NCBI GenBank assembly: GCA_963804635.1
Contig: CAWDRK010000044.1
Span: 150,131 to 214,130, forward strand
Reading direction: 5' to 3'
DNA: 64,000 nt
Source: Candidatus Acidiferrales bacterium
GTDB taxonomy: Bacteria > Acidobacteriota > Terriglobia > Acidiferrales > UBA7541
In this document: piece by piece, positions 1 to 10,136 of the stretch
How positions within the stretch are numbered: position 1 is the stretch's first letter
Layout: each line of letters begins with the position of its first letter
Made by a program: the position numbers and the translations under genes
Notes under the pieces: generated by a model
Told to the model about the DNA's origin: nothing
Seen by the model: the letters and a program-made list of their open reading frames with translations, nothing else
Database searches by the model: none

Positions 1-828
1 ATCGAAGAGACGGTCAAGGCAGTCGCACATTACTTGAAACTTGGATACAAAGCGATTCGCGCACAATCGGGAATCCCGGGGCTCGAGAGCACCTATGGGG
101 TTGGCCGCGGCCAGATGCACTACGAGCCCGCGGAAAAAGGCTTGCCGCCGGAAAACCATTGGTCAACGGAGAAATACCTGAACTTTGTGCCCCAGCTCTT
201 TACGCGGCTGCGCAACGAGTTCGGGCCCGACGTGCATTTGCTGCACGACGCGCATCACCGGCTCACTCCGATCGAAGCTGCGCGCGCGGGCAAGGAACTC
301 GAGCAGTTTCATTTGTTCTGGTTGGAGGATCCGACGCCCGCGGAATTGCAGGAAGGATTTCGCCTGATTCGACGTCACACCACAACGCCACTCGCGGTCG
401 GCGAAGTTTTCAATACCATTTATGATTGCCAGCAACTCATCCAGGAACAGCTGATCGACTATATTCGCACCACCGTTGTGCACGCTGGCGGCATCACGCA
501 CCTGAAGAAAATCGCCCATCTGGCGGAGATGTATCAGGTGCGAACGGGCTCGCATGGGGCCACTGATTTAAGCCCGGTTTGCATGGCGGCGGCGCTGCAT
601 TTCGATCTGAGCGTTCATAATTTTGGCATCCAGGAATATATGCGCCATACCACGGAGACGGATCAGGTTTTTCCGCACTCCTACAGTTTTGAAAATGGCC
701 TCATGCATCCCGGGGAGGCGCCCGGACTTGGCGTCGACATCGATGAGTCGCTGGCCGCAAAATGGCCGTACCAACGCGCGTACTTGCCTGTAAACCGCAA
801 ACTCGATGGCACCATGCACAACTGGTGA
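1..828 (+). CDS. manD: D-mannonate dehydratase, enolase superfamily (RspA/ManD), 5' truncated by window edge
   Basis: [37 protein letters not shown] and C-terminal DGTMHNW; lies in a hexuronate cluster. Confidence 0.9.
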   Translation: MEETVKAVAHYLKLGYKAIRAQSGIPGLESTYGVGRGQMHYEPAEKGLPPENHWSTEKYLNFVPQLFTRLRNEFGPDVHLLHDAHHRLTPIEAARAGKELEQFHLFWLEDPTPAELQEGFRLIRRHTTTPLAVGEVFNTIYDCQQLIQEQLIDYIRTTVVHAGGITHLKKIAHLAEMYQVRTGSHGATDLSPVCMAAALHFDLSVHNFGIQEYMRHTTETDQVFPHSYSFENGLMHPGEAPGLGVDIDESLAAKWPYQRAYLPVNRKLDGTMHNW

Positions 829-947
829 CGCCATCACTCGAGCGACTCGACCGAGGCGGGGAATGTCCTCCTCGAGGAGGGCCGTCTGCCACCGAAGGAT
901 CTCAAACGACAGCATTCAGAAAACATTCCACGGTTCGGGGTGCAGAG

Positions 948-2354
948 TCAGCCGAGTACCAGGCCCAAATACTCACGCGCGTTTGCGAAGCAGATATCTT
1001 TCACCATCGAGCCAAGGAGCGGGATGTCATTTGGAAGCTCGCCGCGTTTCACGTCGTGGCCGAGCATGTCGCACAGAACGCGGCGAAAATATTCGTGGCG
1101 CGGAAAAGACATGAAGGAACGGGAATCTGTGAGCATGCCGACGAACCGGGAAAGTAAGCCGGTGTTCGAAAGGGCATTCAATTGCCACTGCATCGCTTCC
1201 TTCTGATCCAGAAACCACCAGGCGCCGCCAAACTGAACTTTTCCCGCAATTGATCCGTCCTGAAAATTCCCGACGGCCGTGGCGAAAACATAGTTGTCCG
1301 CGGGATTCACATTGTAGACGATGGTCTTTGGCAACGCGCGGTCCTGGTCCAGCCGATCGAGATAGCGGCACAGCGCCTCCGCCTGATTCCCGTCACCGAT
1401 GCTGTCGAATCCGGTGTCGGGCCCCAACTGACGCACCAGCCGGGTGTTGGCATTGCGAAGGGCGCCAAGGTGCAGCTGCTTGGTCCAGCCCTTCTCGGCA
1501 TCCAGTCGCCCAAAAAACACCATCAGGAAAGAGGCGAAGCGCACCTGGTCGTCCGCGGTCGCCGGCGTGCCTGCGCGGGCCGTATCGAAAATCGCCGCGG
1601 CTTCGGACTCGCTGCACCACTCGGCCGGGCAGCGCGCCAAACCGTGATCGGAAAGTCTTCCTCCATGGGCGTGAAAATAATCGTGCCGCTGTCGGAGCGC
1701 GTCGAGAAAATCGCTGAACTTCAGGATCGACCGGTTGCTGGCCGCCGCCAGACGCTCCACCCATGAATTGAATTTGCCAGGGGCGTTCACCTGCAGCGCC
1801 TGATCGGGTCGAAACGTCGGATAGACACGGAAGCCGGGTTGCTCCGCTGCGATGGTCTGGTGGTGCGCAAGGTCGTCGCAGGGATCGTCCGTCGTGCACA
1901 GCGCCAATACGCGGAATTTCTTGAGGATGTGACGGACCGAGAATTCCGGCGTTGCGAGCAGGGCGTTGCCCTTGTCCCAAATGTTTTTTGCGGATCGCTC
2001 GTCGAGCAAATCGCCGACAGCGAAGTAGCGCTTCAGTTCCAGGTGCGTCCAATGGTAGAGCGGGTTGCGCAGCGTAGCCGGCACGGTGCGGGCCCAAGCC
2101 AGAAACTTCTCGTACGGCGTGGCGTTGCCAGTACAGTAACGCTCGTCAATTCCGTTCGCCCGCATGGCGCGCCATTTGTAGTGATCACCTTCCAACCAGA
2201 TTTCCGACAAATCATGGAAGCGGCGGTCCGCGGCGATATCTGCAGGCGAAAGATGCGAGTGATAATCCAGAATCGGCTCTGCCGCGGCGTAGTTATGGTA
2301 GAGTTGCCGAGCTGTTTCTGAATGCAACAAGAAATCATCGTGGATGAATTCCAT
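948..2354 (-). CDS. uxaC: Glucuronate (uronate) isomerase
   Basis: MEFIHDDFLL start, ILDYHSHL, GDHYKWRAMR, NPLYHWTHLEL, WWFLD, GMLTDSRSFMSFPRHEYFRR; GGAG RBS before ATG at 2354. Confidence 0.95.
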   Translation of the reverse strand: MEFIHDDFLLHSETARQLYHNYAAAEPILDYHSHLSPADIAADRRFHDLSEIWLEGDHYKWRAMRANGIDERYCTGNATPYEKFLAWARTVPATLRNPLYHWTHLELKRYFAVGDLLDERSAKNIWDKGNALLATPEFSVRHILKKFRVLALCTTDDPCDDLAHHQTIAAEQPGFRVYPTFRPDQALQVNAPGKFNSWVERLAAASNRSILKFSDFLDALRQRHDYFHAHGGRLSDHGLARCPAEWCSESEAAAIFDTARAGTPATADDQVRFASFLMVFFGRLDAEKGWTKQLHLGALRNANTRLVRQLGPDTGFDSIGDGNQAEALCRYLDRLDQDRALPKTIVYNVNPADNYVFATAVGNFQDGSIAGKVQFGGAWWFLDQKEAMQWQLNALSNTGLLSRFVGMLTDSRSFMSFPRHEYFRRVLCDMLGHDVKRGELPNDIPLLGSMVKDICFANAREYLGLVLG

Positions 2355-3657
2355 TAGGCACTCCAATCCCCGTTCTATCGCTTCCGTCAAAGGTATCATT
2401 TTTGCTCATTTTCGCTGGGTGATTTGCGCGGTTCTTTTCTTTGGCATGACCAAGAATTATATGGACCGCCAGGTTCTTGCGGTTCTGAAGATAAATTTAC
2501 AGCACCAGTTCGGCTGGAATGAAATCCAGTACGGACATCTGGTCTTTGCGTTTCAGACTGCCTATGCCATGGGCATGCTGTTCGTAGGCCGTTTCATCGA
2601 CCGGCTCGGCACTCGTGTGGGCTACGCGGTGACCATTGCGTTCTGGAGTCTGGCGTCTATCGCCCACGGTTTCATGACTTCTCTTGGTGGTTTTCTGGTC
2701 GCGCGTTTTGCACTGGGTTTTGGCGAATCGGGCGTTTTCCCGGCCAGTCTGAAGGCCGTCGCCGAGTGGTTCCCCAAGAAGGAACGCGCTTTGGCTACCG
2801 GAATCTTCAATGCCGGAACGAACGTTGGCGCTGCGTTGACCCCGTTGCTCGTGCCGTTCATCTATGCGCGCTGGGGCTGGCGCGGGTGCTTTTTCGCCGT
2901 GGGAGCTTTAGGCTTCCTTGGCCTGGCGCTGTGGCTGTGGCTTTACCGCCCGCCCGAGGAACATTTGCAGTGCTCCGCCGAGGAGTTGCAGCATATTCGA
3001 AGCGACTTGACCGACAGCTCCGGCAAATTTAGTGTGGGCGAGATACTTGGCCATCGGCAGACTTGGGCGTTTGTCAGCGGGAAGTTTCTGATCGATCCGA
3101 TCTGGTGGTTCTATCTGTTTTGGATACCGGATTTCCTGGAACGCAGGCACGGATTGTCGCTGCGTCAAATTGGCTTGCCGATCCTGGTGATTTATGTGCT
3201 CGCGGACTTTGGAAGCGTGGCCGGCGGATGGCTTTCGTCCTTCCTTCTGCAGCGCGGCAAAACCGTGAATCTGGCCCGCAAGACGGCCCTGCTGGTCTGC
3301 GCCATCTGCGTTGTGCCGATCATCTTTGCATCCCGAGTAGATTCTGTGTGGGCTGCAGTTCTATTGGTGGGGTTAGCCGCGGCGGCTCATCAGGGGTTCT
3401 CGACGAACTTGTTGACCCTGCCCTCGGACATGTTTCCCGCAAGAGTTGTCGCATCGGTGGCAGGGATTGGCGGAGCAGCGGGAGCATTCGGTGGCATGCT
3501 GATCGCAGAGGTTGTCGCGCACATCCTTCAGTGGACCGGGAGTTATGCGATTCCCTTCTTCATTGCAGGATCGGCGTATCTCCTCGCTTTGGCGGTTATG
3601 CAACTTCTTGCGCCCAAGCTGGAAGCGGTGCGCCTCGCCATTCCGCCGGGCGCATGA
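2344..3657 (+). CDS. exuT: MFS hexuronate transporter (ExuT-like); start uncertain (2344 or GTG 2419)
   Basis: RWVICAVLFF..NYMDRQ, GRFIDRLGTR, EWFPKKERALATGIFNAG, DPIWWFYLFW. Confidence 0.88.
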   Translation: MNSIRHSNPRSIASVKGIIFAHFRWVICAVLFFGMTKNYMDRQVLAVLKINLQHQFGWNEIQYGHLVFAFQTAYAMGMLFVGRFIDRLGTRVGYAVTIAFWSLASIAHGFMTSLGGFLVARFALGFGESGVFPASLKAVAEWFPKKERALATGIFNAGTNVGAALTPLLVPFIYARWGWRGCFFAVGALGFLGLALWLWLYRPPEEHLQCSAEELQHIRSDLTDSSGKFSVGEILGHRQTWAFVSGKFLIDPIWWFYLFWIPDFLERRHGLSLRQIGLPILVIYVLADFGSVAGGWLSSFLLQRGKTVNLARKTALLVCAICVVPIIFASRVDSVWAAVLLVGLAAAAHQGFSTNLLTLPSDMFPARVVASVAGIGGAAGAFGGMLIAEVVAHILQWTGSYAIPFFIAGSAYLLALAVMQLLAPKLEAVRLAIPPGA

Positions 3658-3691
3658 ACGCTGCGGCTCTTTGGCGCATAACAGCGAAAAA

Positions 3692-3717
3692 CAGATTCCT
3701 CGCTTCGCTCGGAATGG
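3692..3717 (-). repeat. REP-like palindrome family A (GTCAT(C/T)CCGAGCGAAGCGAGGAATCTG type)
   Basis: cagattcctcgcttcgctcggaatgg is close to the reverse complement of the copy at 15790; lies between convergent genes. Confidence 0.75.
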
Positions 3718-3762
3718 CCAACGGGGCCTCGCGGCGTCACATGCACTCGTTGACACACTCCG

Positions 3763-4539
3763 TCACTGATTGACGGCGCTGGCCATGAATCCGCCATCCA
3801 CCACCAGAAGATGCCCGGTAACAAAACTTGCGGCGTCGGAAGCCAGGAAAACCGCGGCTCCCGCAAGTTCATCGACGTTGCCAAATCGCCGCATCGGCGT
3901 GCGCATCAGAAACTCTCTTCCCCGCTCCGTGCCATCGAGCAGCTTTTCGTTCAACGCTGTGCGGAGCACGCCGGGCACAATGGCATTGACGCACACCCCT
4001 TTCATGGCCCACTCGATGGCCAGAGATTTTGTGAGCGCTGCAACCGCCGCTTTGCTTGCGCCGTAGGCGGCAACTTCAAACGCAGCAAGAAATGAAGTCA
4101 GCGAGCCAATGTTAATGATGCGGCCATAGCCCCGTTCAATCATGTGGCGCCCAAACACCTTGCAGGCGCGCAGAGTGCCGTTGAGATTCGTCTCCAGGAT
4201 CGCATTCCAGTCTTGTTCCGGGAAATCGAGCGTGGGCATACGCTTGGTCTGTCCTGCGCAGTTCAGCAATATTTGAACGGCGCCAAACTTGGCCAACGAT
4301 TCCGCCAGAACGCGCTCGATTTGCTTGGTATCGGTGACGTCGCATGGGCACGCGAGCGAGCTTCGGCCCAGCTTCGCGATTTCCGCCGCAGCCGCTTGCA
4401 CCAATTCCGCTCGTCGCCCGGTCGGCACCACGTTGGCACCCGCCTCGGCCAGCCCCTTGGCCAGCGCCAGACCGATGCCACTGGTTCCTCCGATGACCAC
4501 GGCAGTTTTGCCTTCCAGGTCGAGAAGCGGATGGCCCAT
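3763..4539 (-). CDS. SDR oxidoreductase (KduD / gluconate 5-dehydrogenase-like)
   Basis: GGTSGIG nucleotide-binding motif, NCAG, catalytic YGASK, LVVDGG. Confidence 0.85.
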   Translation of the reverse strand: MGHPLLDLEGKTAVVIGGTSGIGLALAKGLAEAGANVVPTGRRAELVQAAAAEIAKLGRSSLACPCDVTDTKQIERVLAESLAKFGAVQILLNCAGQTKRMPTLDFPEQDWNAILETNLNGTLRACKVFGRHMIERGYGRIINIGSLTSFLAAFEVAAYGASKAAVAALTKSLAIEWAMKGVCVNAIVPGVLRTALNEKLLDGTERGREFLMRTPMRRFGNVDELAGAAVFLASDAASFVTGHLLVVDGGFMASAVNQ

Positions 4540-4848
4540 CGCGAATCCTCCGGTGGTTCTTCAGCAATTTCGTCCAAGAATCAGCCAGTGTAGCAAAGTT
4601 CCGCTCGGTCCTGATGGCACGCTCGGCGAAAGGAAAATGCTCTGGATTTGTGAAACAGCCCTGTAGTATAGGAACGTTCACCTGGTGAAGTGCAGTTTCA
4701 TTCTTGCGTGGCGCGTAGCTTCACAGCCAGCCCGGATAATTTGGCCACTTCGTTTGCCGCCGGTCTTTTTGCTGCCCTCGCGAGCAGGTGCAGCACCCGC
4801 AACCACACAGAAAGGCAGTGATGTTGTGGGTGGGACTGGGAGAGAGTA

Positions 4849-5949
4849 ATGACCGCGATGAATATCAAATCAAAAGACAGGTGCCGGTGGGATTTGGTGA
4901 GTTTGGGCGAGGTGATGCTGCGGCTCGATCCCGGAGACACGCGCATCGTCACGACGCGAGAGTTTCGCGTGTGGGAAGGCGGCGGCGAATACAATGTGGC
5001 GCGCGGATTGAAGCGCTGCTTCGGGATGGACACCGCCATTGTGACCGCGCTTGCCGACAATCCCGTGGGCCGGTTGGTGGAAGACCTGATGCTGCAAGGC
5101 GGCGTGAATCTCCAGCACCTGCGCTGGGTGCGCTACGACGGCGTAGGGCGCAGCGTGCGCAATGGATTGAATTTCACGGAGCGCGGATTTGGCGTTCGCG
5201 CAGCCCTGGGATGCTCCGACCGCGGCCATACCGCTGTATCCCAACTGAAGCCGGGTGAGATCGATTGGGAAGAAATCTTTGCGCACCAAGGCGTCCGATG
5301 GTTCCATACCGGCGGAATCTTTTGCGCCCTTTCGGAAACGACGCCTTTGGTGGCGAAAGAGGCCATGGAGGCGGCCAAGCGCAATGGCACGATTATTTCC
5401 TACGATCTGAACTATCGCGCGTCGCTGTGGGAATCGATTGGCGGGAAGAAAAAAGCGCAAGAGGTGAATGGCATGCTCGCGCCGCTGGTGGACGTGATGC
5501 TTGGAAACGAAGAGGATTTCAACGCTGCTTTGGGATTTGCCGCCCCCGCGGTCGATGAAGCCCCTTCGCAACTGGATCACCGGGGCTTTCAGAGGATGAT
5601 CGAGAAAGTGGCGCAAGAGTTTCCCAATTTTGCTGTAATCGCAACCACCTTGCGCAATGCACGCACCGCCACGCAGAATGATTGGAGCGCCATCGCGTAT
5701 TCTGCGGGGACGTTCCACGAAGCCCCGTTGCGTGAGAATCTGGAAATCTACGATCGCGTTGGCGGAGGAGATTCGTTTGTTTCCGGGCTGGTTTACGGCT
5801 TACTCGCCGGGAAGGATCTCGCGTGGGCCGTCGATTGCGGCGCGGCGCATGGAGCATTGGCAATGACCACGCCGGGCGACACGTCCATGGCCACGTTCGA
5901 GGAAGTGCTGCAGGTAATGAAGGGGAAGAGCGCGCGAATCTCGCGCTAG
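4849..5949 (+). CDS. kdgK: 2-dehydro-3-deoxygluconokinase (PfkB family)
   Basis: LGEVMLRL, GGGEYNVA, YDLNYR, GNEED, DRVGGGDSF. Confidence 0.9.
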   Translation: MTAMNIKSKDRCRWDLVSLGEVMLRLDPGDTRIVTTREFRVWEGGGEYNVARGLKRCFGMDTAIVTALADNPVGRLVEDLMLQGGVNLQHLRWVRYDGVGRSVRNGLNFTERGFGVRAALGCSDRGHTAVSQLKPGEIDWEEIFAHQGVRWFHTGGIFCALSETTPLVAKEAMEAAKRNGTIISYDLNYRASLWESIGGKKKAQEVNGMLAPLVDVMLGNEEDFNAALGFAAPAVDEAPSQLDHRGFQRMIEKVAQEFPNFAVIATTLRNARTATQNDWSAIAYSAGTFHEAPLRENLEIYDRVGGGDSFVSGLVYGLLAGKDLAWAVDCGAAHGALAMTTPGDTSMATFEEVLQVMKGKSARISR

Positions 5950-5990
5950 TCTGTGAGCCCAGCAACGATTTCAATCTGAGAGCGGAGACT

Positions 5991-6647
5991 ATGACCACAG
6001 AAAGTGTGCGAAAACGAATCTGGGAGACGGGGATCGTACCGGTGGTGCGCGCTTCCAGTGTGGATGAAGCCCGTCGCGCCGTAGAAGCTATCCATTTGGG
6101 CGGAATTCCGGTCATCGAGATCACCATGACCGTTCCGGGAGCCACGAAAATCATTCAGGAACTGACCAAGCAGCACGGAAGCAAGGTTCTGATTGGCGCA
6201 GGCACGGTAACGAATGCCAAGGCCGCGGAGGATTGCATCGACGCCGGCGCACAATTTTTGGTGAGCCCGGGACTTTCCATCGCCGTCCTGGAAGTTGCCG
6301 CAAAACGCGGCATCCTGGCAATGCCCGGTGCATTGACGCCAACCGAGGTGATGCAAGCACGCGAAGCCGGCGCGGAAGTGATCAAGATATTCCCGTGCAG
6401 CAGCGTCGGTGGCCCCAAACATATCAAGTCGCTACGGGCGCCGTTTCCCGATGCGAAGTTCATTCCCACAGGCGGTGTGAATCTTTCGAACGCCGCCGAA
6501 TATTTTGCGGCTGGCGCGTTTGCGCTGGGTGTCGGAGCTGACTTGGTGGACCTCGCGGCACTCCGAGACAATAATCCCGAGAAAATTGTGGCCGGCGCCA
6601 GAGCTCTGGTGCTGGCGGTCGAAGTCGCCCGGGCTTCGCGCTCCTGA
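5991..6647 (+). CDS. eda: KDPG/KHG aldolase
   Basis: IVPVVR, IEITM, IGAGTV, FLVSPG, PGALTPTE, KIFP, IPTGGV; GGAG RBS. Confidence 0.92.
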   Translation: MTTESVRKRIWETGIVPVVRASSVDEARRAVEAIHLGGIPVIEITMTVPGATKIIQELTKQHGSKVLIGAGTVTNAKAAEDCIDAGAQFLVSPGLSIAVLEVAAKRGILAMPGALTPTEVMQAREAGAEVIKIFPCSSVGGPKHIKSLRAPFPDAKFIPTGGVNLSNAAEYFAAGAFALGVGADLVDLAALRDNNPEKIVAGARALVLAVEVARASRS

Positions 6648-6665
6648 GCGTCTATTCCTCGCGGT

Positions 6666-8912
6666 TTAGTGCGGCGCCTTTGCAGTACTCTCAACGGCTC
6701 TAAAGTTTCCGCGAAAAACGGTGATTGAAGCGGCGGGCAGTGTGAACGATGTTCCCGGCCCCGCCGCTACAGTTGAAACGGCGATCGGACCGTCGGGATC
6801 AGCAGTTCCGCCGGTTGCATCCGGGTGCCAGACATACTGTGCCTTCCCGAAGGTCTTCACGCTAACCGCGCCGGCAAATTCCTCTCGCGTGTGCTTGGAA
6901 TCATCCGCAAAGGAAATGTGCGCGGTCTGGGCGTTCTCCTGATCCTTGTTGATGACCATCAGCGACCAGGTTCCATCGGGCCGCGCGGCGGCATACGCGG
7001 TGACAAGGTCGTTGCCGGCAGGGTCACGAATGTCGCTCTGCGCAGAAAACAGCTTGTGCACGCCGTCACCGGGCTGCAGCCACTCCAAGGTAATCAGCTG
7101 GCTGGCGAAAAATTGCGAGAGCGGTTGCTTGATCTGGAGATTGGCATCGGTTGAAAACATGCCAAAGGTGCCCATCGAACCATTGGCGCCGCGATGCACT
7201 CCCAGCGGCAAATAATGGAAATAGTAGACCGCCTGGCCGCCGCCATTCAAAAACGCGCCGATATAGTCGGCAAGCCACAGCCCTCCCCAGATGTCCACGA
7301 ACGCTTCCGAGCTGACCCAGGAAAGATTAGACTCGGTGATCAGCAGCGGAACATTTTCCGGCACGCCATCCTCGCGCCACACTTTCATGATGTGCGTCAC
7401 CAGATCCGCTTCGTGATACAGGTTGCTCCACTGAATTTTTCCCGGCTCCATGGGGTAATGCTCAAAAGAAAAGAAAGCCAGCTCGCCGAGCTTTCCGTGG
7501 CTCTGCAGGTAATCGACGAACCGGCGGGTCCACGAGGTACGGCCCTCTGCATCAGGCCACGTCTCGATGTCTTTGTTCACGCCCGTAAAAATCGGCCCGC
7601 CCAGTTTTAGCTTCGCATCAACGCGGTGCAACGCGGCCGCGAATTGTATGTACATGGCGGCATAGTCTTCCGGAGGCATGAAGTGTCCGTCCGGTTCTTC
7701 TCCCATTTCCACATGCGAGATGGCATATCCGCGCTTCTCGATATACGCGATTTCCGCCGCCGCATCTTCCGGGGTGCCGTAAATCATGGCGATAGGAATC
7801 ATCGCGGGAAGTCCACGGGTGTAGCCGCCGGTATAAAAAAGGTCGAAACCCACCTGGTCGCCGGCCTTTTCGTCCAGATCCTTCGGTTCATGCCACGGAT
7901 CGACCGAAGAACAGTACGTCATGGTTTGATCCTGGTCGGGGGTGTGACGCAGCAAGTCGTGAAATTTTCCGTCGGCGGTGGTAGTGCCGATGTACAGTTC
8001 GCGAATCGCATAACCGAGGCAGTTCCGTTGGTCGCCATTTCCGTGCGTGTCACAGGTGTTCGAGGATTGCGTCATCAAGATTCGCAGGTGTTGCACGGGT
8101 ATGGTTGCGTTCGCCAGATGCAGCACGGCCGCCCCGCCCTTCCCCTCCGCCACCATTCCGCCGGGAAATGTTTGCCACACGCCTTCGGTAGGCTTCTTGA
8201 TGGGATCGCTGCCGGTGAAATATTGCACCACATAGCGAACCGCGTAAGGCTCCGCCCACGCGATGCGAATGGCGTCCACGTCATGCCGGTTCGCCAGATC
8301 GACGATCACCCACTGCGGGTGAAGCGCGTCATTCTCGCCGGTAAACGCGGCGGACAAATAGGGGTTGCTCTTCCAGTAGGAACTCGTGTCGCCATCGGTC
8401 AGCCGCGAATAGCCTTCGGTGTCAGTGCCGTCGTCGCGCGTCACTCCGCGATGTGGCAACGGATAACCGTAGGAGTGACGAATGGGCTCGCTGCCGGGAG
8501 TGGCGCTGCCCGTGAAGTATCCTTTGCCGGCAGCATCGCTCCAGGTTCCTTGGGGGTTCCAGTGCCACGCCTCCATGTGCAACTCGGTGTTTTGGCGATA
8601 GCTGACGGTTTGCCAGCCCGCAGCGAGCACTTGCTTCACTGTCGAATCGACGTACAGTTTGTCCGCGGCGCCGTAGGGCAACCGGTCGATTCCTGCGCCC
8701 AGCGCCTCGCTGGGACGGATGGTGTTCGTAGCATGGCTGGGCGTGACATCCACGACGATGTTTTGTGCCCGCGCGGGGCACACAAAACTTGCGAGGCAGA
8801 GAAACGCCGCCGTAGGCAAGAGGCCAAGTCCAGGTTTGCTGGGTCGGCGCTGTTGGGTCCAGAACGAAGCAAGCGATACGCTGCGGTTGCGGTGCTGCTG
8901 GATCGTTAGCAT
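6666..8912 (-). CDS. Secreted glycoside-hydrolase-like protein with inserted discoidin (F5/8 type C) domain
   Basis: Signal peptide ending ARA-Q; RLTDGDTSSYW and WVIVDL discoidin motifs; clan GH-A-like EMGEEPD, FSFEHYP, ITESN. Confidence 0.7.
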   Translation of the reverse strand: MLTIQQHRNRSVSLASFWTQQRRPSKPGLGLLPTAAFLCLASFVCPARAQNIVVDVTPSHATNTIRPSEALGAGIDRLPYGAADKLYVDSTVKQVLAAGWQTVSYRQNTELHMEAWHWNPQGTWSDAAGKGYFTGSATPGSEPIRHSYGYPLPHRGVTRDDGTDTEGYSRLTDGDTSSYWKSNPYLSAAFTGENDALHPQWVIVDLANRHDVDAIRIAWAEPYAVRYVVQYFTGSDPIKKPTEGVWQTFPGGMVAEGKGGAAVLHLANATIPVQHLRILMTQSSNTCDTHGNGDQRNCLGYAIRELYIGTTTADGKFHDLLRHTPDQDQTMTYCSSVDPWHEPKDLDEKAGDQVGFDLFYTGGYTRGLPAMIPIAMIYGTPEDAAAEIAYIEKRGYAISHVEMGEEPDGHFMPPEDYAAMYIQFAAALHRVDAKLKLGGPIFTGVNKDIETWPDAEGRTSWTRRFVDYLQSHGKLGELAFFSFEHYPMEPGKIQWSNLYHEADLVTHIMKVWREDGVPENVPLLITESNLSWVSSEAFVDIWGGLWLADYIGAFLNGGGQAVYYFHYLPLGVHRGANGSMGTFGMFSTDANLQIKQPLSQFFASQLITLEWLQPGDGVHKLFSAQSDIRDPAGNDLVTAYAAARPDGTWSLMVINKDQENAQTAHISFADDSKHTREEFAGAVSVKTFGKAQYVWHPDATGGTADPDGPIAVSTVAAGPGTSFTLPAASITVFRGNFRAVESTAKAPH

Positions 8913-9403
8913 GGCCAGGCCTCGTCGAGTGCACGGCTGTGGATCAAGCCAGATGCGCTTAGTTAAAACGATTCAATAACACCAGAATGTAGCCTTTGCC
9001 ATTTCGCTCGTCAACCGAAAATAGGCGCCCTCGTTGGTGTCCTGCTTGGCCTGGGCAGGGATGTCTAACCTCTAATCGTGGGGCGTGACACCTGCCATTG
9101 CGTTCAAACACTCAGAGGAGTATATCCAGTTATAGAAGAAAGTCGTGGATTGCGCGCCGGACCCGCTCCCGTCCGGAGCGACGGAGAGATGTGACACTCT
9201 CCAAGGCGCCTCGGGGTTTCCGCCCTTGTCCCCATTTCAGGACTGTTGGGTGGACTAGGTGGACTGCCCTACCGAGAGCCGTGGCTCGAACTTACCGATC
9301 CTCTTTGCCGATGCCGCCACCGCACGGAGCCATACCGGCCCAGGATCACCTCGAGACCGGATGTCGTGTCACGCCAACGTTGCGGGTTAAGGAGACGATT
9401 ATC

Positions 9404-9868
9404 ATGATTCAGACACTGGAGTTGGTGATTAAGGAACATCCGTTTTTCTACGGATTGTCGGACGAGCATCTGGACTTCATCACTGGGTGTGCCAAGAACG
9501 TCTCGTTCCCCGAGAAGCACGTTATGTTCACCGAAGGCGATCCGGCCAACGAGTTCTACTTCATTCGCAAAGGCCTGGTTTCCGTGGAACTCATGGTCCA
9601 GAACACTGGCCCCACCACGGTACAAACCCTCGGTGGTGGCGAGATTCTTGGCTGGTCCTGGGTTTCGCCGCCATACCACTGGCACTTTAACGCGCGAACG
9701 TTGAAGCCGACACGCGCGCTCGTTTTTGACGCCAATTGCCTGCGCGCCAAATGCGAGGAAGATCACGATCTCGGCTACGAGATGCTGAAACGGTTTTCCA
9801 ACATAATTACAGCCCGGCTCGACGCCACGCGCCTGCAGTTGCTCGATATCTATACCAACAAGGCCTAG
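9404..9868 (+). CDS. Stand-alone cyclic-nucleotide-binding domain protein (Crp/Fnr N-terminal domain, no HTH)
   Basis: HPFFYGL, MFTEGDPANEFYFIRKGLV, GEILGWSW; AAGGAG RBS. Confidence 0.85.
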   Translation: MIQTLELVIKEHPFFYGLSDEHLDFITGCAKNVSFPEKHVMFTEGDPANEFYFIRKGLVSVELMVQNTGPTTVQTLGGGEILGWSWVSPPYHWHFNARTLKPTRALVFDANCLRAKCEEDHDLGYEMLKRFSNIITARLDATRLQLLDIYTNKA

Positions 9869-9952
9869 TGCCGTTCGCATTTTCCCGATGGGCAAGTTCC
9901 GCGCGCGTCTCCGCGCTTGCTCGGCTCACATACAGCGCCATCGGGACCCAGG

Positions 9953-10022
9953 GGCCAGCACAAAAGCTGGCGCTATCGAGAAAAACAAACGGCGAGCTTG
10001 TAGCGCTGGCTTTCATGCCAGT
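9953..10022. repeat. GTAG-type REP pair, family B
   Basis: gccagcacaaaagctggcgctat ... tgtagcgctggctttcatgccag; same motif at 14684 and 35057. Confidence 0.7.
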
Positions 10023-10136
10023 GTTCCTTTGATTGTGCCCCTCGCAACTTGATTCCTTCCGTTTACTTGGATAGGCTCCGTTGGTGTTTTGCACCCTCGC
10101 CCGAACCTGCCGCATCCTCATACAAGGAGACGACCG

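Noticed and set aside
7626-8909. Long antisense ORFs (also 21390-22529, 23726-25093, 36286-38022, 52974-54245, 58444-59664)
   Set aside because: Shadow frames opposite well-supported genes, expected in high-GC coding DNA; no recognisable motifs
9082-9375. 10-bp inverted repeat GGCGTGACAC/GTGTCACGCC around a roughly 290-bp spacer (MITE or riboswitch?)
   Set aside because: Short enough to arise by chance, no clear target duplication, no second copy and no riboswitch consensus recognised
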